Assembly: GCA_040220235.1 (NCBI GenBank)
Contig: JAVJTO010000096.1
DNA length: 64,000 bases
Reading direction: 5' to 3' (one strand)
From: Coleofasciculus sp. B1-GNL1-01
GTDB taxonomy: Bacteria; Cyanobacteriota; Cyanobacteriia; Cyanobacteriales; Coleofasciculaceae
Positions 38,593 through 49,670 of the stretch are shown here, piece after piece. The first letter of the stretch is position 1, and each line of letters starts with the position of its first letter. The notes beneath the pieces were generated by a model, which saw only the letters and a program-made list of their open reading frames with translations, searched no databases and had not been told where the DNA came from. Position numbers and translations under genes: made by a program.

Positions 38593-40185
38593 TCACAAGG
38601 ATATTAACGGTAGCGTAACCGTAAATCTTGTACCCACATCAACCTCGCTGGATAAGGTAATCGTTCCCCCGTGGGCGTCCACACTATTTTTGACAATTGC
38701 CAGTCCCAATCCAGTTCCCTCGATATTCCCCACATTCGCCGCCCGGTGAAATGTTTCAAACAGTCGTTTTTGGTCTGATTCGGGAATGCCAATTCCTTTA
38801 TCTTGAATTGTGAAAGTCGCTTCCTTGGGCGAACAACACAGAGACAGTCGTACAGTAGACCCTTCGGGGGAGTATTTAATCGCATTGGAGAGCAAATTGC
38901 CAATAATATGCCGCACCAGTTTTTCGTCTAAACAGGTGGCAATGCTGTTTGGGGTTTGGGGTGTATTATTATACTCACAGGTAAACTCAAAATGATGTCG
39001 TTTACCAATCCCCTGTTGTAACTCCTCTACCAGTTCGCCACACAAGGAGGGCAAATCTAGAGACGTGGGATTGAATTCAACTTTACCCGCTTCGGCTTTG
39101 CCCAGAACTAACATATCATTTAACATATCAATCATCTGGTTGGTCGCCTTTTGCACTCGATGCAGGTGGGTTATTTGTTTCTCCTCAGTCAACTTGTGGC
39201 GGTAATATTCCAACATTTGAGCCGATGAAAGAATAGTCGTTAGCGGAGTGCGAAACTCATGGGATGTCATCGACACGAAACGGGATTTTAATTCGTTGAG
39301 TTCCTGTTCTTTTGCCAGTGCCATAGAAACGGCAGCTTCGGCTTGCTTCAGCTTAGTAATATCCATTAGCATACCATACCAAAGAATATCACCGTTATCG
39401 AGTCGTTCCGGACAGGCTGCACCTTGAATCCATTTATTCTTACCAGATGGTAAAATTATTTCTCCTTCCCAGTTCCAGGGTTGTAACGTTTGGGCTGAAA
39501 TAGCAACAGATTGATCAAAATACTCGCGCTGATCCGGGTGAATTAGCTCAATAATTACTGTAGTATTCTCCTGGATAACTTCAGGTTCGAGTTCATAGAT
39601 TTGGCGGCAGCCAGGACTAATATAGGGAAAAGCCATTGAACCATCGGGACGCAACAAAAATTCGTAAAGCATTCCCGGTACATTTTTCGCTAGCTTTTGT
39701 AAGCGTTGTTCGCTTTGCTGGAGTGCCTCTTGTACTTGCTGACGTTCAATAATTTCCTGTTTCAGACAGGCGTTTTGCTGTTGCAGTTGCTGTGTCAGTC
39801 TGCGGATTGTTAGGTGAGTTCTGACTCTGGCTAAAACTTCTTCATGCTGAACAGGTTTAGTGATGTAATCCACTGCACCCAGTTCAAATCCTCTCACTTT
39901 ATCTACTGTGTCAGAAAGCGCCGTCATAAAAATGACCGGAATGTCTTGAGTGGAGGGGTTGGCTTTCAACTGACGACAGGTTTCAAAGCCATCAATTCCG
40001 GGCATAAGTACGTCCAACAAGATAATATCAGGGTGAGCATAGTCTACCCGTTCGATCGCGCTTTCTCCATCTTGAGCGATTAAGACTTCAAAGCCCGAAT
40101 CACTCAAACCATCGGACAAGACGCCCAAATTCGTAGGATTATCGTCAACGATTAGAATTATTCCTTGCTCAATATCCATACTCAA
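38593..40185 (-). CDS. Hybrid sensor histidine kinase (REC-PAS-HisKA-HATPase)
   Basis: ILIVDD..LLDVLMP..YITKP receiver; SHEFRTPL, NLLSNAIKYS, DKGIG and GTGLGL kinase motifs. Confidence 0.95.
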   Translation of the reverse strand: MSMDIEQGIILIVDDNPTNLGVLSDGLSDSGFEVLIAQDGESAIERVDYAHPDIILLDVLMPGIDGFETCRQLKANPSTQDIPVIFMTALSDTVDKVRGFELGAVDYITKPVQHEEVLARVRTHLTIRRLTQQLQQQNACLKQEIIERQQVQEALQQSEQRLQKLAKNVPGMLYEFLLRPDGSMAFPYISPGCRQIYELEPEVIQENTTVIIELIHPDQREYFDQSVAISAQTLQPWNWEGEIILPSGKNKWIQGAACPERLDNGDILWYGMLMDITKLKQAEAAVSMALAKEQELNELKSRFVSMTSHEFRTPLTTILSSAQMLEYYRHKLTEEKQITHLHRVQKATNQMIDMLNDMLVLGKAEAGKVEFNPTSLDLPSLCGELVEELQQGIGKRHHFEFTCEYNNTPQTPNSIATCLDEKLVRHIIGNLLSNAIKYSPEGSTVRLSLCCSPKEATFTIQDKGIGIPESDQKRLFETFHRAANVGNIEGTGLGLAIVKNSVDAHGGTITLSSEVDVGTRFTVTLPLISL

Positions 40186-43011
40186 TCACTCTATTTCTCT
40201 ATTCATATATTCCTGCAAAAACTCACGAATCCGTCTTTCCTGAAACTCTTTGGCAAAGTGGCGCAATTGGGTTGTAAACGGTACAAAACGCTGATTCGCT
40301 TGTTCCAGGAGAGTGGCTTGCTCTATGATACCCTTAATGTTACCTCGCATCGCTAGATCGAACAAGATTGCCAATTCTTCCGGTGGTGGGGCAATGAGGT
40401 TACTCTTCAGCAATGGTTCACTATTGCTAACTTCGGTTGTCTGACTTTTGACCTCTGACTCGTTATACACCCATTGCAAATCCAGATGAATTCTTAACTG
40501 TTCTAAAAGTTCCGAAAATCGAATCGGTTTGGGCAGAAAACCATCACATCCTGCCTGACAACTTTGCTGACGATCATACTCAAAAACACTGGCAGACATA
40601 GCAATAATTGCCACAGTTTGAAACTTGGGGTCTTGGCGTAGCTGTCTAATCGCCTCGAAACCGTCCATTACTGGCATCACTAAGTCAGTAAAAATAATAT
40701 CAGGGTTCAACGTCCTGGCTTTATGTAATCCATCTTGCCCATCTGTTGCCTCAATCAGTTTAAATCCTAACGGTTCTAGGAAATCAACCACTATCGAGCG
40801 ATTTGCACAGTTGTCGTCTATAACCAAAACCTTAGAAGATACCCCCTTAAATCCTGTAATTTCGTCCCAGTTACTTCGAGTAATAGTTCTCCCAGCTTGA
40901 ACCTGTGGTAACCTTAAATCTAGCCAAAAAATACTCCCCTTTCCTAAAAAACTTTTAACCTGAATTTCCCCTCCCATCATTTGCACGAACCGTTGCGCGA
41001 TCGCGAGTCCCAATCCCGTTCCTTCCACTTGACGAGAATGCTCACCCACTTGATGAAACGGTAGAAATATTTCAGCTACTTGTTCAGGTGTCATGCCGAT
41101 GCCCGTATCTTCAATTTGAAACCGAAGTTTGGCGATTCCTGGGGAGTTTTTCGCTACAATATCCGTCCGGAGTGAATATTGAGTTAACACAGACTCTTCT
41201 CCCTGAACCTGCCCATTTTCCATCTCGGTTACATAGCCAACCTTAAACACCACGCCACCCGTTTTAGTGAACTTAATCCCATTACTCAACAAATTCAGCA
41301 ACACCTGTCGCAACCGTTTCTCATCTCCCCGCACAGCTACAGGTAGTGAGGCAGAAAATTGCTCAGTAAACGCAATTCCTTTTTGGTCGGCACGAATGCG
41401 AACCAGTTCAGCAATACTTTTAAGAAATTGAGGAAAATGAAACTCACTCGGATGGAGTTCCATTTTTCGCGCTTCAATTTTAGACAGGTCTAAGATATCA
41501 TTAATTAGAGTAAGCAAATGTTCACCACTGTGCTGAATAATCTCTAAACCATCTTGTTGCTTGGCACTCAGAGTTTTTTCTCGCTTGAGAATTTGAGCAT
41601 AGCCCAAGATACCATTCAGGGGTGTTCTCAATTCGTGGCTCATGTTTGCTAGGAATTCACTCTTAGCGCGATTGGCAACATCAGCCACTTCCTTAGCTGT
41701 CTGTAATTCCTGAGTTCGCTGTTGAACGTTCACTTCTAAGGTGCGGGAATAGTCCTCTAACTGCTGCTTGGCGGCGGCTAAATTCGCGTTCGTGGCTAAC
41801 AGCGCTTGTTCTTTTTGTCCCAGTGTGTTCATCAGTTTCTGGAACGACATTGAGAGTCTGGCTACCTCATTTTTCCCTGGTAGTACGTTGATTTTCACGT
41901 CTTTTTCACCCCGTTGCAGGCGATCGGCGATCGCCGTAATTCCCAATAGGGGGCGAGTGATACGTTCAACAAATAGCCAACTTCCACTGGCAAAGACTAA
42001 ACCCAGGACTAATCCCCATAGGAAGATGCGCTGTTGGAGTTGTCTGGCGGCGGCAAAGGCAAGGGGTGTGGGTTGTCGCACCAGTACAATCCATCCTAAT
42101 CCCGGATACGCCTTAAACCCGTTTGTCTTCTGAAAAGCCGTCAGGTAAGATTTGCCATCTGACCAAGTTTCCACCCCATAACCCGATTCTCCCGGTTGAG
42201 ACTCCCTTAAGTTCGCCAACGCCACAGGGGACAATTGCGCCTCAGGAGAACCCACTAGCACCGTGCCATCAGCCGCTAAAATCAACAGTTCAACCTGTTC
42301 CCGTTGCTGTACAGGATCGAGTAAATTCTCCTGAACTTTTTCTGCCCATTGCCAATATAGGTGCGCCCCTAAAACCCCGCGAAATTGCCCATTATTATCC
42401 CATACAGGTGCAGCGATATCTACAAAACGCAAGGGTTGGTTTGTAGGATTAGGAAGATATTTTTCTAACAATAATGCTGGGTGAACATCACCCACAAAGG
42501 GACTGATTTTAGCCCGGTCAAACCAAGGGCGGGCTGAGACATCTTCACCGGAGAGAATACCACCCGTACTGGCAACCACTTGACCTTGGGGATCAGTTAA
42601 ACCAATCCAGGCATAATCAGGGTAGGTTTCTTGTAACCTTTCCAGAAGCGATCGCTTCTCGACGTTGGTTGTGTCTGGACTGCTGAGTGTTTCTAGGGAG
42701 GCAACAATTTGAATCTCCCGGTAGCGCTCAAACATCCCTCGATCCAACAGTTCAGTGGTATTATGTACCAGCTTGGTAAAGAGTTGTCCCCGCAGCGCTT
42801 GAAGCTGATTCCCTGTGGTGTATCCTACCGCCAGACTGGTGAGGCTGGAAAAGAGTAGAGTCAGTAAGAGTAATCCCAACCCCAGTTGGGTGGGAAGTCG
42901 TCGGCGTGGATTGAAGTGGGAGGCGACAAAGCGCCAGTTTCGGGTCAGTTTAGCCAGTTTCCTGGGACGTGAACGAGGGCGAGATGAGGGATTTGGACGC
43001 AAGGGAATCAT
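40186..43011 (-). CDS. Hybrid sensor histidine kinase (TM-Cache-TM-HAMP-HisKA-HATPase-REC)
   Basis: YAWIG...DVSARPWF..A...FVGDVH Cache-like region; [21 protein letters not shown]-terminal receiver. Confidence 0.95.
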   Translation of the reverse strand: MIPLRPNPSSRPRSRPRKLAKLTRNWRFVASHFNPRRRLPTQLGLGLLLLTLLFSSLTSLAVGYTTGNQLQALRGQLFTKLVHNTTELLDRGMFERYREIQIVASLETLSSPDTTNVEKRSLLERLQETYPDYAWIGLTDPQGQVVASTGGILSGEDVSARPWFDRAKISPFVGDVHPALLLEKYLPNPTNQPLRFVDIAAPVWDNNGQFRGVLGAHLYWQWAEKVQENLLDPVQQREQVELLILAADGTVLVGSPEAQLSPVALANLRESQPGESGYGVETWSDGKSYLTAFQKTNGFKAYPGLGWIVLVRQPTPLAFAAARQLQQRIFLWGLVLGLVFASGSWLFVERITRPLLGITAIADRLQRGEKDVKINVLPGKNEVARLSMSFQKLMNTLGQKEQALLATNANLAAAKQQLEDYSRTLEVNVQQRTQELQTAKEVADVANRAKSEFLANMSHELRTPLNGILGYAQILKREKTLSAKQQDGLEIIQHSGEHLLTLINDILDLSKIEARKMELHPSEFHFPQFLKSIAELVRIRADQKGIAFTEQFSASLPVAVRGDEKRLRQVLLNLLSNGIKFTKTGGVVFKVGYVTEMENGQVQGEESVLTQYSLRTDIVAKNSPGIAKLRFQIEDTGIGMTPEQVAEIFLPFHQVGEHSRQVEGTGLGLAIAQRFVQMMGGEIQVKSFLGKGSIFWLDLRLPQVQAGRTITRSNWDEITGFKGVSSKVLVIDDNCANRSIVVDFLEPLGFKLIEATDGQDGLHKARTLNPDIIFTDLVMPVMDGFEAIRQLRQDPKFQTVAIIAMSASVFEYDRQQSCQAGCDGFLPKPIRFSELLEQLRIHLDLQWVYNESEVKSQTTEVSNSEPLLKSNLIAPPPEELAILFDLAMRGNIKGIIEQATLLEQANQRFVPFTTQLRHFAKEFQERRIREFLQEYMNREIE

Positions 43012-43116
43012 CAGGAAAGACTGATTCTATTTTCTCCAGTGTGTTCCACTAGACACAACCGTGATTTTACGGAAGTCTATCTTGAGTTCGTCTCGATTTG
43101 TTCAGGATTTAATTAA

Positions 43117-43144
43117 GTAGAGACGCGCCATGGCGCGTCTCTAC
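43117..43144. repeat. Perfect 28-bp REP palindrome
   Basis: GTAGAGACGCGCCATGGCGCGTCTCTAC. Relatives at about 18060, 27859 and 48555. Confidence 0.85.
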
Positions 43145-43243
43145 AACTTGCCCATTAGTCAGTAGCCAATTAATTTGGGTAAGGGTTCCTCTACCTGTAA
43201 GTTCCCCTAACTGATAAACTAATAAATTTAGAGGAGAACAAAG

Positions 43244-43423
43244 ATGAGCCAATCTCCACGCGATCGCGCTTTTGATCCGATTAGCGAAACTCGAGAATGG
43301 CATGCTGCTGCTACCCCAGAAAATGCTGAGAAGATAGCCCAAAAGCTAGGCTGGTCTAACTACTCGATCAAAAAAGCACCGAGTAGCTGGGGATTATCCT
43401 ATATTGTTGTCAAGGAGGATTAA
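43244..43423 (+). CDS. Small hypothetical protein (59 aa, missed by the ORF track)
   Basis: GAGGAG RBS; MSQSPRDRAFDPISETREWHAAATPENAEKIAQKLGWSNYSIKKAPSSWGLSYIVVKED*; stop 3 bp before the next ATG. Confidence 0.65.
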   Translation: MSQSPRDRAFDPISETREWHAAATPENAEKIAQKLGWSNYSIKKAPSSWGLSYIVVKED

Positions 43424-43426
43424 TTA

Positions 43427-43744
43427 ATGTTCAACGCCGTTTCTAGAAAGGGCTTAAAAATTAGACAGCAAACAAGTTCCGAGATAGTGCCAGGAACAAT
43501 CGCTCGATATCGGGGCAGTATTGATCGTCTAAAAGAGTTCTTATTAATTCACGAAATTAACCCCGAATATACGGCGCTCAAAAATGCTGATGGTAGTCCC
43601 CAGCGTGAACATGATATGGTCAAAGCCGAAGTTCTCAAACCGGAAAATGGTTACTGCGATTACTGCCTATTTTGGGTGGAAAAGAAGCAGTTAACTCCTC
43701 TGAACGAAAAGGAGTACAGAGAGATTTTGGCACACATTATTTAG
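43427..43744 (+). CDS. Hypothetical protein
   Basis: 105 aa; strong AAGGAGG RBS; no recognisable domain. Confidence 0.7.
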   Translation: MFNAVSRKGLKIRQQTSSEIVPGTIARYRGSIDRLKEFLLIHEINPEYTALKNADGSPQREHDMVKAEVLKPENGYCDYCLFWVEKKQLTPLNEKEYREILAHII

Positions 43745-43999
43745 ACGCCTCACTATGAATTCGTTGTCATTTGTAATTAGGGTCTGCTGAATAAGTATTT
43801 AAAAGCGAGAGGATTCTTAAAGGTTAAAACCTTGCCACGACAACTGTTCCCCGTTGCCTATTCCCTGTTGCCTTTAACCCACCATCAACAATTCATTTAG
43901 CTTACTCTTCAATCTTCGGACTAATCAAACTAACAATTGAGCACACTAAGTACCGAAGACCCGAAATATTTTGGCACACATTATTTAGTCATAATCAGA

Positions 44000-44950
44000 C
44001 TATTTTCCTTTAATACTCTCATAGTTCTCGACAAACCACTGATAGGTCAATTCTAAACCTTTCTTTAACGAAATGTTGGGTTGCCAACCAGCGGCATTCA
44101 GTTTCGAGGTATCCAACAGTTTACGCGGTGTGCCATCGGGTTTAGAGGAATCAAATTTCAACTCACCCTCATAACCCACCACCGCTTTAATTAACATCGC
44201 CAAGTCTTTAATCGAAACCTCTTCCCCTGTCCCCACATTCAGGAATTGGATATCATCATAGTGATTCATCAGGAAAACCAAGGCATCCGCTAAGTCATCC
44301 ACGTATAAAAATTCCCGCAGCGGCGAACCCGTTCCCCAAATTTCTACCGCCTCAGCATTATTAATTTTTGCTTCATGGGTTTTCCGCAATAGGGCGGGGA
44401 GAACGTGGGAATTGGCTAAATTGAAATTATCATTAAGACCATAGAGATTCGTGGGCATAGCCGAGATAAAATTTACCCCATATTGCCGACAATAATTTTC
44501 GCAAAGTTTGAGTCCGGCAATTTTGGCGATCGCATAAGGTTCATTTGTCGGTTCCAGATACCCACTGAGTAGGTGTTCTTCCTGCATCGGCTGGGGACAG
44601 TGTTTGGGATAGATACAGGATGAGCCGAGAAATAACAACTTTTCTACACCAGACAAATAGGCGCTATGAATAATATTTGATTCAATCATTAAGTTGTCGT
44701 AGAGAAACTCAGCCCGGTAGGTATTGTTGGCATTAATCCCCCCGACTTTTGCCGCCGCGATAAACACGTACTCTGGGCGTTCAGCGGCAAAGAAATCTTC
44801 TACGGCTTGCTGGCGTCTTAAATCCACCTCTTGGCTAGTTTTGAGGATAAGATTGGTATACCCGTTATCGCGTAAACATCTAACAATGGCGCTACCCACT
44901 AAGCCACGATGACCGGCTACATAAATTTTTGAGTCCTTGTTCATGGTCAT
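44000..44950 (-). CDS. fcl: GDP-L-fucose synthase
   Basis: [29 protein letters not shown] and DGTPRK motifs. Confidence 0.97.
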   Translation of the reverse strand: MTMNKDSKIYVAGHRGLVGSAIVRCLRDNGYTNLILKTSQEVDLRRQQAVEDFFAAERPEYVFIAAAKVGGINANNTYRAEFLYDNLMIESNIIHSAYLSGVEKLLFLGSSCIYPKHCPQPMQEEHLLSGYLEPTNEPYAIAKIAGLKLCENYCRQYGVNFISAMPTNLYGLNDNFNLANSHVLPALLRKTHEAKINNAEAVEIWGTGSPLREFLYVDDLADALVFLMNHYDDIQFLNVGTGEEVSIKDLAMLIKAVVGYEGELKFDSSKPDGTPRKLLDTSKLNAAGWQPNISLKKGLELTYQWFVENYESIKGK

Positions 44951-45079
44951 ATTTATTAGATACTTGAAAACACTGAATAATCCATAATTCCAGGGCGGAT
45001 AATTTTGATAAATTATTGGTTACCGTATTCTCTAAGTAACTCTCGTCCGCCCTTACCAATACGTCCGTTTGACCTTGGC

Positions 45080-46165
45080 TCAATCAACAGGTGCGTGAGC
45101 AGCGGAATGTTCGTAAGTATTTTCTTTGTGTTTTTCAAACAGTTCTGCCCCTTCACCATTCGATGATTTGCCGAAGCTACGTAAATCGGCTTCTACCATC
45201 AGGGCGACTAACTGTTCAAACGATAAAGACGGTTGCCAATTTAGCTTTTCCTTAGCTTTTGTCGGATCACCAATGAGTAATTCGACTTCCGCAGGACGTA
45301 AATAACGTGGGTCAAACTCTACATAATCTTGCCAATTCTTACCGACACAGTTAAAGGCAATATCCAAAAATTCCCGAATTGAGTGAGTTTCACCTGTGGC
45401 GACGACGTAATCGTCGGGTTCGTCTTGTTGCAGCATCAGCCACATGGCTTGAACATAGTCTTTAGCATAGCCCCAGTCTCGCTTGGCGTCTAGATTCCCC
45501 AGATAGAGTTTTTTCTGCTGTCCCGAGACAATCCGGGCGATCGCCCGAGTAATCTTACGGGTGACAAAGGTTTCTCCCCGACGCGGCGATTCATGGTTAA
45601 ATAAGATACCATTGCAACCAAATATCTCGTAAGACTCGCGATAATTCACCGTTTGCCAATGGGCATACACCTTAGCACAAGCATAAGGACTACGGGGATA
45701 AAATGGAGTAGTTTCCTTTTGGGGAACTTCCTGCACTTTACCAAACATTTCCGACGAACCCGCCTGATAGAAGCGCACATCAATACCTGTGCGATTTCGA
45801 TAATCCCGAATCGCTTCCAACAGGCGCAGGGTTCCCATTCCCACCGCATCCACCGTATATTCCGGACAGTCAAAACTGACGCGAACGTGAGATTGAGCGC
45901 CCAAATTGTAAATTTCTTTGGGTCTAACTTCTTCGAGAATGCGGCGTAAGGTTACGCCATCGGTCAAGTCGCCGTAGTGCAGAAATAATCGGGCAACCTG
46001 ATTATGAGGATCAACATAGATATGGTCAATGCGATCGGTGTTAAAGGTGGAAGTTCGCCGGACAATTCCGTGAACTTCGTAGCCTTTCTCCAGTAATAAC
46101 TCACTTAAGTAGGAACCGTCTTGACCAGTTATACCTGTAATCAGCGCTCGTTTGGGTTGCGTCAT
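45080..46165 (-). CDS. gmd: GDP-mannose 4,6-dehydratase
   Basis: [38 protein letters not shown] and RDWG motifs. Confidence 0.98.
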   Translation of the reverse strand: MTQPKRALITGITGQDGSYLSELLLEKGYEVHGIVRRTSTFNTDRIDHIYVDPHNQVARLFLHYGDLTDGVTLRRILEEVRPKEIYNLGAQSHVRVSFDCPEYTVDAVGMGTLRLLEAIRDYRNRTGIDVRFYQAGSSEMFGKVQEVPQKETTPFYPRSPYACAKVYAHWQTVNYRESYEIFGCNGILFNHESPRRGETFVTRKITRAIARIVSGQQKKLYLGNLDAKRDWGYAKDYVQAMWLMLQQDEPDDYVVATGETHSIREFLDIAFNCVGKNWQDYVEFDPRYLRPAEVELLIGDPTKAKEKLNWQPSLSFEQLVALMVEADLRSFGKSSNGEGAELFEKHKENTYEHSAAHAPVD

Positions 46166-46526
46166 CCTTGAATCGTCCTGTGATGCGTATGGGCAACAGT
46201 GGTTGACAAAAGTGTTAATCTCCCAACTGGATTTTGGGATCAGGGAAATTATTCCTTAGATTATCCTAAAATTCCCAGCATTGATCAACTTTCTTTTGAC
46301 TCATAACCTATCAAGCCTACCATGTCGGAGTTCGATGATCTCTCTGGCGCGGTTTTGTCATCGTTGTTCCGTCCGGTGTTTGGTTTATTTCCGTCAAAAC
46401 CCAGGAAAGTCCTGCCGGGAATAACATTGAACACCGAAGCCATCCCAATATTACGCTGATTTACTGCATTTGAGCCGAGAGGTTTAATTCTGAATTAATC
46501 CTCCCATGCTCCCCATGCTTAATTCG

Positions 46527-47258
46527 TCAGTACGCCCCATTATTTTTTGGGGAAATCATTACGCCGATTGTTTTCAACACCAGCCATAAGTCAAGCCAAA
46601 AATTTTGGAAATTCACGTAATAAACATCGATTTGTACTCGACGGTTATAGGGAATGTCATTGCGCCCTGAAACTTGCCATAGTCCAGTAATGCCTGGTTT
46701 AATTGTCAAGATTTTATCCATGTAACGCCCGTACTTATGCATTTCTTCCGGGACTAAGGGGCGAGGACCGACCACACTCATATCTCCTTTCAAAACATTC
46801 CAAAATTGCGGAAACTCATCCAGGCTCGTATATCGCAAGAATTTACCAATCCAGGTCACTCTGGGGTCTTCCTTGAGCTTGAAATTTTCTTCAAACTCAC
46901 AACGAATAGAGGTTGATTCGGTCATCATTTCTAGCAATAGTTCATCTGCATTTTCCACCATGGTTCTAAATTTAATACACCGAAACGGCTGATAGTCTTT
47001 ACCGATTCGCTCCTGAACATAAAAAATAGGACCCGGTGAACTGATAGCGATTAAGACCGCTAAGAGCAGGTAAATCGGGAAAAACACCGTGAGAATCGAT
47101 AGGGAAAATACGACATCAAACAGCCGCTTGGCAAAAATTCCGTCTAAGCGATATCGAGACAGACCTTTGGGTCTACTGCGTGGAGCGCGGGGCTGGATAC
47201 CACGCTTCACGAACGCTCGCAACGTCTTGACGGAGATAAGTTGGCTTTGGGCAGTCAT
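46527..47258 (-). CDS. Priming sugar (phosphoglycosyl) transferase, Bac_transf family
   Basis: KRLFD, KFRTM, DPRVT, SLDEFPQF, VGPRP and KPGITGLWQVSGR motifs. Confidence 0.95.
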   Translation of the reverse strand: MTAQSQLISVKTLRAFVKRGIQPRAPRSRPKGLSRYRLDGIFAKRLFDVVFSLSILTVFFPIYLLLAVLIAISSPGPIFYVQERIGKDYQPFRCIKFRTMVENADELLLEMMTESTSIRCEFEENFKLKEDPRVTWIGKFLRYTSLDEFPQFWNVLKGDMSVVGPRPLVPEEMHKYGRYMDKILTIKPGITGLWQVSGRNDIPYNRRVQIDVYYVNFQNFWLDLWLVLKTIGVMISPKNNGAY

Positions 47259-47349
47259 CTTACTCCTTCACTTCACACCACACGTCACGATCATAAAGCC
47301 AGAAGCGGTTAGCTAAGGCAATAGCGACCAGGAAACTGGAATTTATGAC

Positions 47350-48486
47350 TCAACATCGTGACAGGTGGTCTCGATAGCAGCCGTCCAGAAACGTCAAGTA
47401 GCGATCGCTAAACACAGTTGGCGCAAATTGAGCCGCGTTTAATTGTATCTGTTCGGGACTAAAGGCAGTGGCTCGTGCTTCAAAGACTTTCACCGCCTCC
47501 ATCAAAGCCTGGGGACTTTGGTCTAGAAAAAACAGACCCGTACCCTTATCCGGATGTTTCCGGATATCCCGAACGGTTTCCAATGCCCCACCAGCACCAT
47601 AGGCAATGACTGGTGTACCACAAGCTTGAGCTTCCACCAAAGCAATGCCAAAATCTTCACAGGCAGCATAGACAAAGGCTTTTGCCTGTGCCATATACTC
47701 CTCGACCACGCGATCGGGACAAAAACCCAGGACTTGCACGTTGGGTTTAGCCAGATGGCGCAGCGCCTGCAATTGCGATCCCTCGCCAATGACGACCAAA
47801 GGATATCCCAGTTGATTGAACGCCTCCACGATTAAAGTCACTTGCTTATAACTAACCAATCGAGAAACCGTCAAGTAAAAATCTGACTTTTGAGCCTGGA
47901 AAGAAAACCGTTCCGTATGAACCGGAGGGTAAATCACCTGTGCCTCTCGCCTGTAGCAACGCCAAATCCGTTGTGCGGTATGGCGGGAGTTAGCAATAAA
48001 ATAATCCACTCGATTGGCTGAGATCACATCCCATTGACGCAACCGATGCAGCAGATACCGCGTGATTGACCCAGGGAGTCCCCGCCCCATAGCACTGCTG
48101 TTGAGGTAATCAAAGGTCAAATCCCAAGCGTAGCGCATCGGTGTATGGCAGTAGCAGATGTGTAGCTGTTGTGGACGGGTGAGGACACCTTTGGCAACCG
48201 CATGGGAGGAGGAGAGAATTACATCGTAATCCCGCAAATCTAGCTGTTCAATGGCTAAGGGTAGCAGGGGTAAATACTTCTGTACCCCCTTCCTCGCCCC
48301 AGGAAAATGCTGTAGAAAAGTCGTGCCAATCCGACGCTCAAACAAATAACTGTGGGGATTGGTTGATTCAAAATCAATCAAAGCATACAAATCTGCCTCA
48401 ACGGACTTGAGGATTTCTCGAACCACCCGTTCAGAACCCCCCGTTGCGTTGGGCGTTAGCCACTCATGCACCAAGGCATATTTCAA
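47350..48486 (-). CDS. Glycosyltransferase family 4
   Basis: LVHEWL...GGSE, YCHTPMRYAW and EDFGIALVEAQACG motifs. Confidence 0.93.
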   Translation of the reverse strand: MKYALVHEWLTPNATGGSERVVREILKSVEADLYALIDFESTNPHSYLFERRIGTTFLQHFPGARKGVQKYLPLLPLAIEQLDLRDYDVILSSSHAVAKGVLTRPQQLHICYCHTPMRYAWDLTFDYLNSSAMGRGLPGSITRYLLHRLRQWDVISANRVDYFIANSRHTAQRIWRCYRREAQVIYPPVHTERFSFQAQKSDFYLTVSRLVSYKQVTLIVEAFNQLGYPLVVIGEGSQLQALRHLAKPNVQVLGFCPDRVVEEYMAQAKAFVYAACEDFGIALVEAQACGTPVIAYGAGGALETVRDIRKHPDKGTGLFFLDQSPQALMEAVKVFEARATAFSPEQIQLNAAQFAPTVFSDRYLTFLDGCYRDHLSRC

Positions 48487-48603
48487 GAATCGTTATCCCC
48501 CAATACAAGTCTGTTCAAATAAGCTGTAGTTTCATTTATTTTTCCCCAGCTTCCAGACGTAGCATGCTACGTCTCTACATGCTTCCCCATCTCCCCCCTA
48601 TCA

Positions 48604-49050
48604 CTATTGACCGGAGCAGTAAGCATTAAGATTATCAACTAATTGCTTTTCTGGAGTCGTTGCTTGCTGTAAACTCATCTGTGCTGTTTCCGCCCCTTGG
48701 CGGTCTTTCTGCTCAAACGCCACCGCGAAATTCCGCATCGCTTGACTCGTATCGCGATACATGTTGACAAAACTGGCTTGATAGTCTTCCAACGTCTCGT
48801 CGGTTACGTCTATCGCGTTCATTTCTTCAGAAGCCTTATCCATGACAGCCGCCGCTTGTCGCATTGCCTCAGCTTGCGGATTGTCCTCTTGAACACCACT
48901 GGTCACGACTTTGGCGTCACTGACCGCCTGATTCGCCACTTGAATCATTTGATTACACTGGGCAACCTTGCTCTGACCACAGCTTACTGCCAATAGGCTA
49001 ATCACAGCCGTGACACTTAGCCGCAGGAAATTTCGCCGGGGACGATACAT
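48604..49050 (-). CDS. Hypothetical helical lipoprotein
   Basis: Lipobox LAVSC, KVAQCN, and C-terminal YC. Confidence 0.75.
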   Translation of the reverse strand: MYRPRRNFLRLSVTAVISLLAVSCGQSKVAQCNQMIQVANQAVSDAKVVTSGVQEDNPQAEAMRQAAAVMDKASEEMNAIDVTDETLEDYQASFVNMYRDTSQAMRNFAVAFEQKDRQGAETAQMSLQQATTPEKQLVDNLNAYCSGQ

Positions 49051-49103
49051 GAATGCTCTTAGGTTCATTGAAGAATAAGCCGTCCAACATTTTAACGCTA
49101 CTC

Positions 49104-49586
49104 CTAGCTTACTGACTTCTGCTGGGCTTCGATGGCAGCCGCAAGGCGTTGGAGTGTTTCAGTGAGTTCTCCAAGTTCTGCGAGTGACTCATTTTGGTTT
49201 TCGGCTAAGGTTTGCACCGCATCACTCAAGGCAAAGAGTTGGTAACCCTGTTGTTGAACTTGATGCCCTTGGTGTTGCACCTGCACAGCCAACGCATCAA
49301 CCCGCTTACCTAGACACTCAACCGTCTCGGTTGTGGCAAGCACCGCCTCACCAATTTGCCCAACAATGGATTCCAAACGGCTGAGTCGAGCTTCTAGGGC
49401 AAGAGTCCTTTTGTTGGTAGAGTTGAGGTTGTTTGTAGCCTTTCCAGTCTGGGTGTGTTTATTCACCGATAATTGTTTCACTGCTTCAAAAAACTTATGT
49501 GAACTCCCAGTTTCTAAGAAAATAGCAATTGTCCATACTTTACTAAGGAGGTGGGGACAATTAAAGTTAATGGTACGGATCGTCAT
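49104..49586 (-). CDS. Coiled-coil hypothetical protein (true start probably downstream)
   Basis: Heptad-rich LEARLSRLE...LTETLQRL region. Confidence 0.6.
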   Translation of the reverse strand: MTIRTINFNCPHLLSKVWTIAIFLETGSSHKFFEAVKQLSVNKHTQTGKATNNLNSTNKRTLALEARLSRLESIVGQIGEAVLATTETVECLGKRVDALAVQVQHQGHQVQQQGYQLFALSDAVQTLAENQNESLAELGELTETLQRLAAAIEAQQKSVS

Positions 49587-49670
49587 TGGTCATTGGTCAT
49601 TCGTCCTTTGTAAGGGTTTGAGGCTTGTTAACATAACTTCATAAGGTTGAGTTTATTTCCACCAACCTAC

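Noticed and set aside
43109..43342. 77-aa minus-strand ORF
   Set aside because: It ends in a REP and conflicts with the better-supported plus-strand small gene at 43244-43423.
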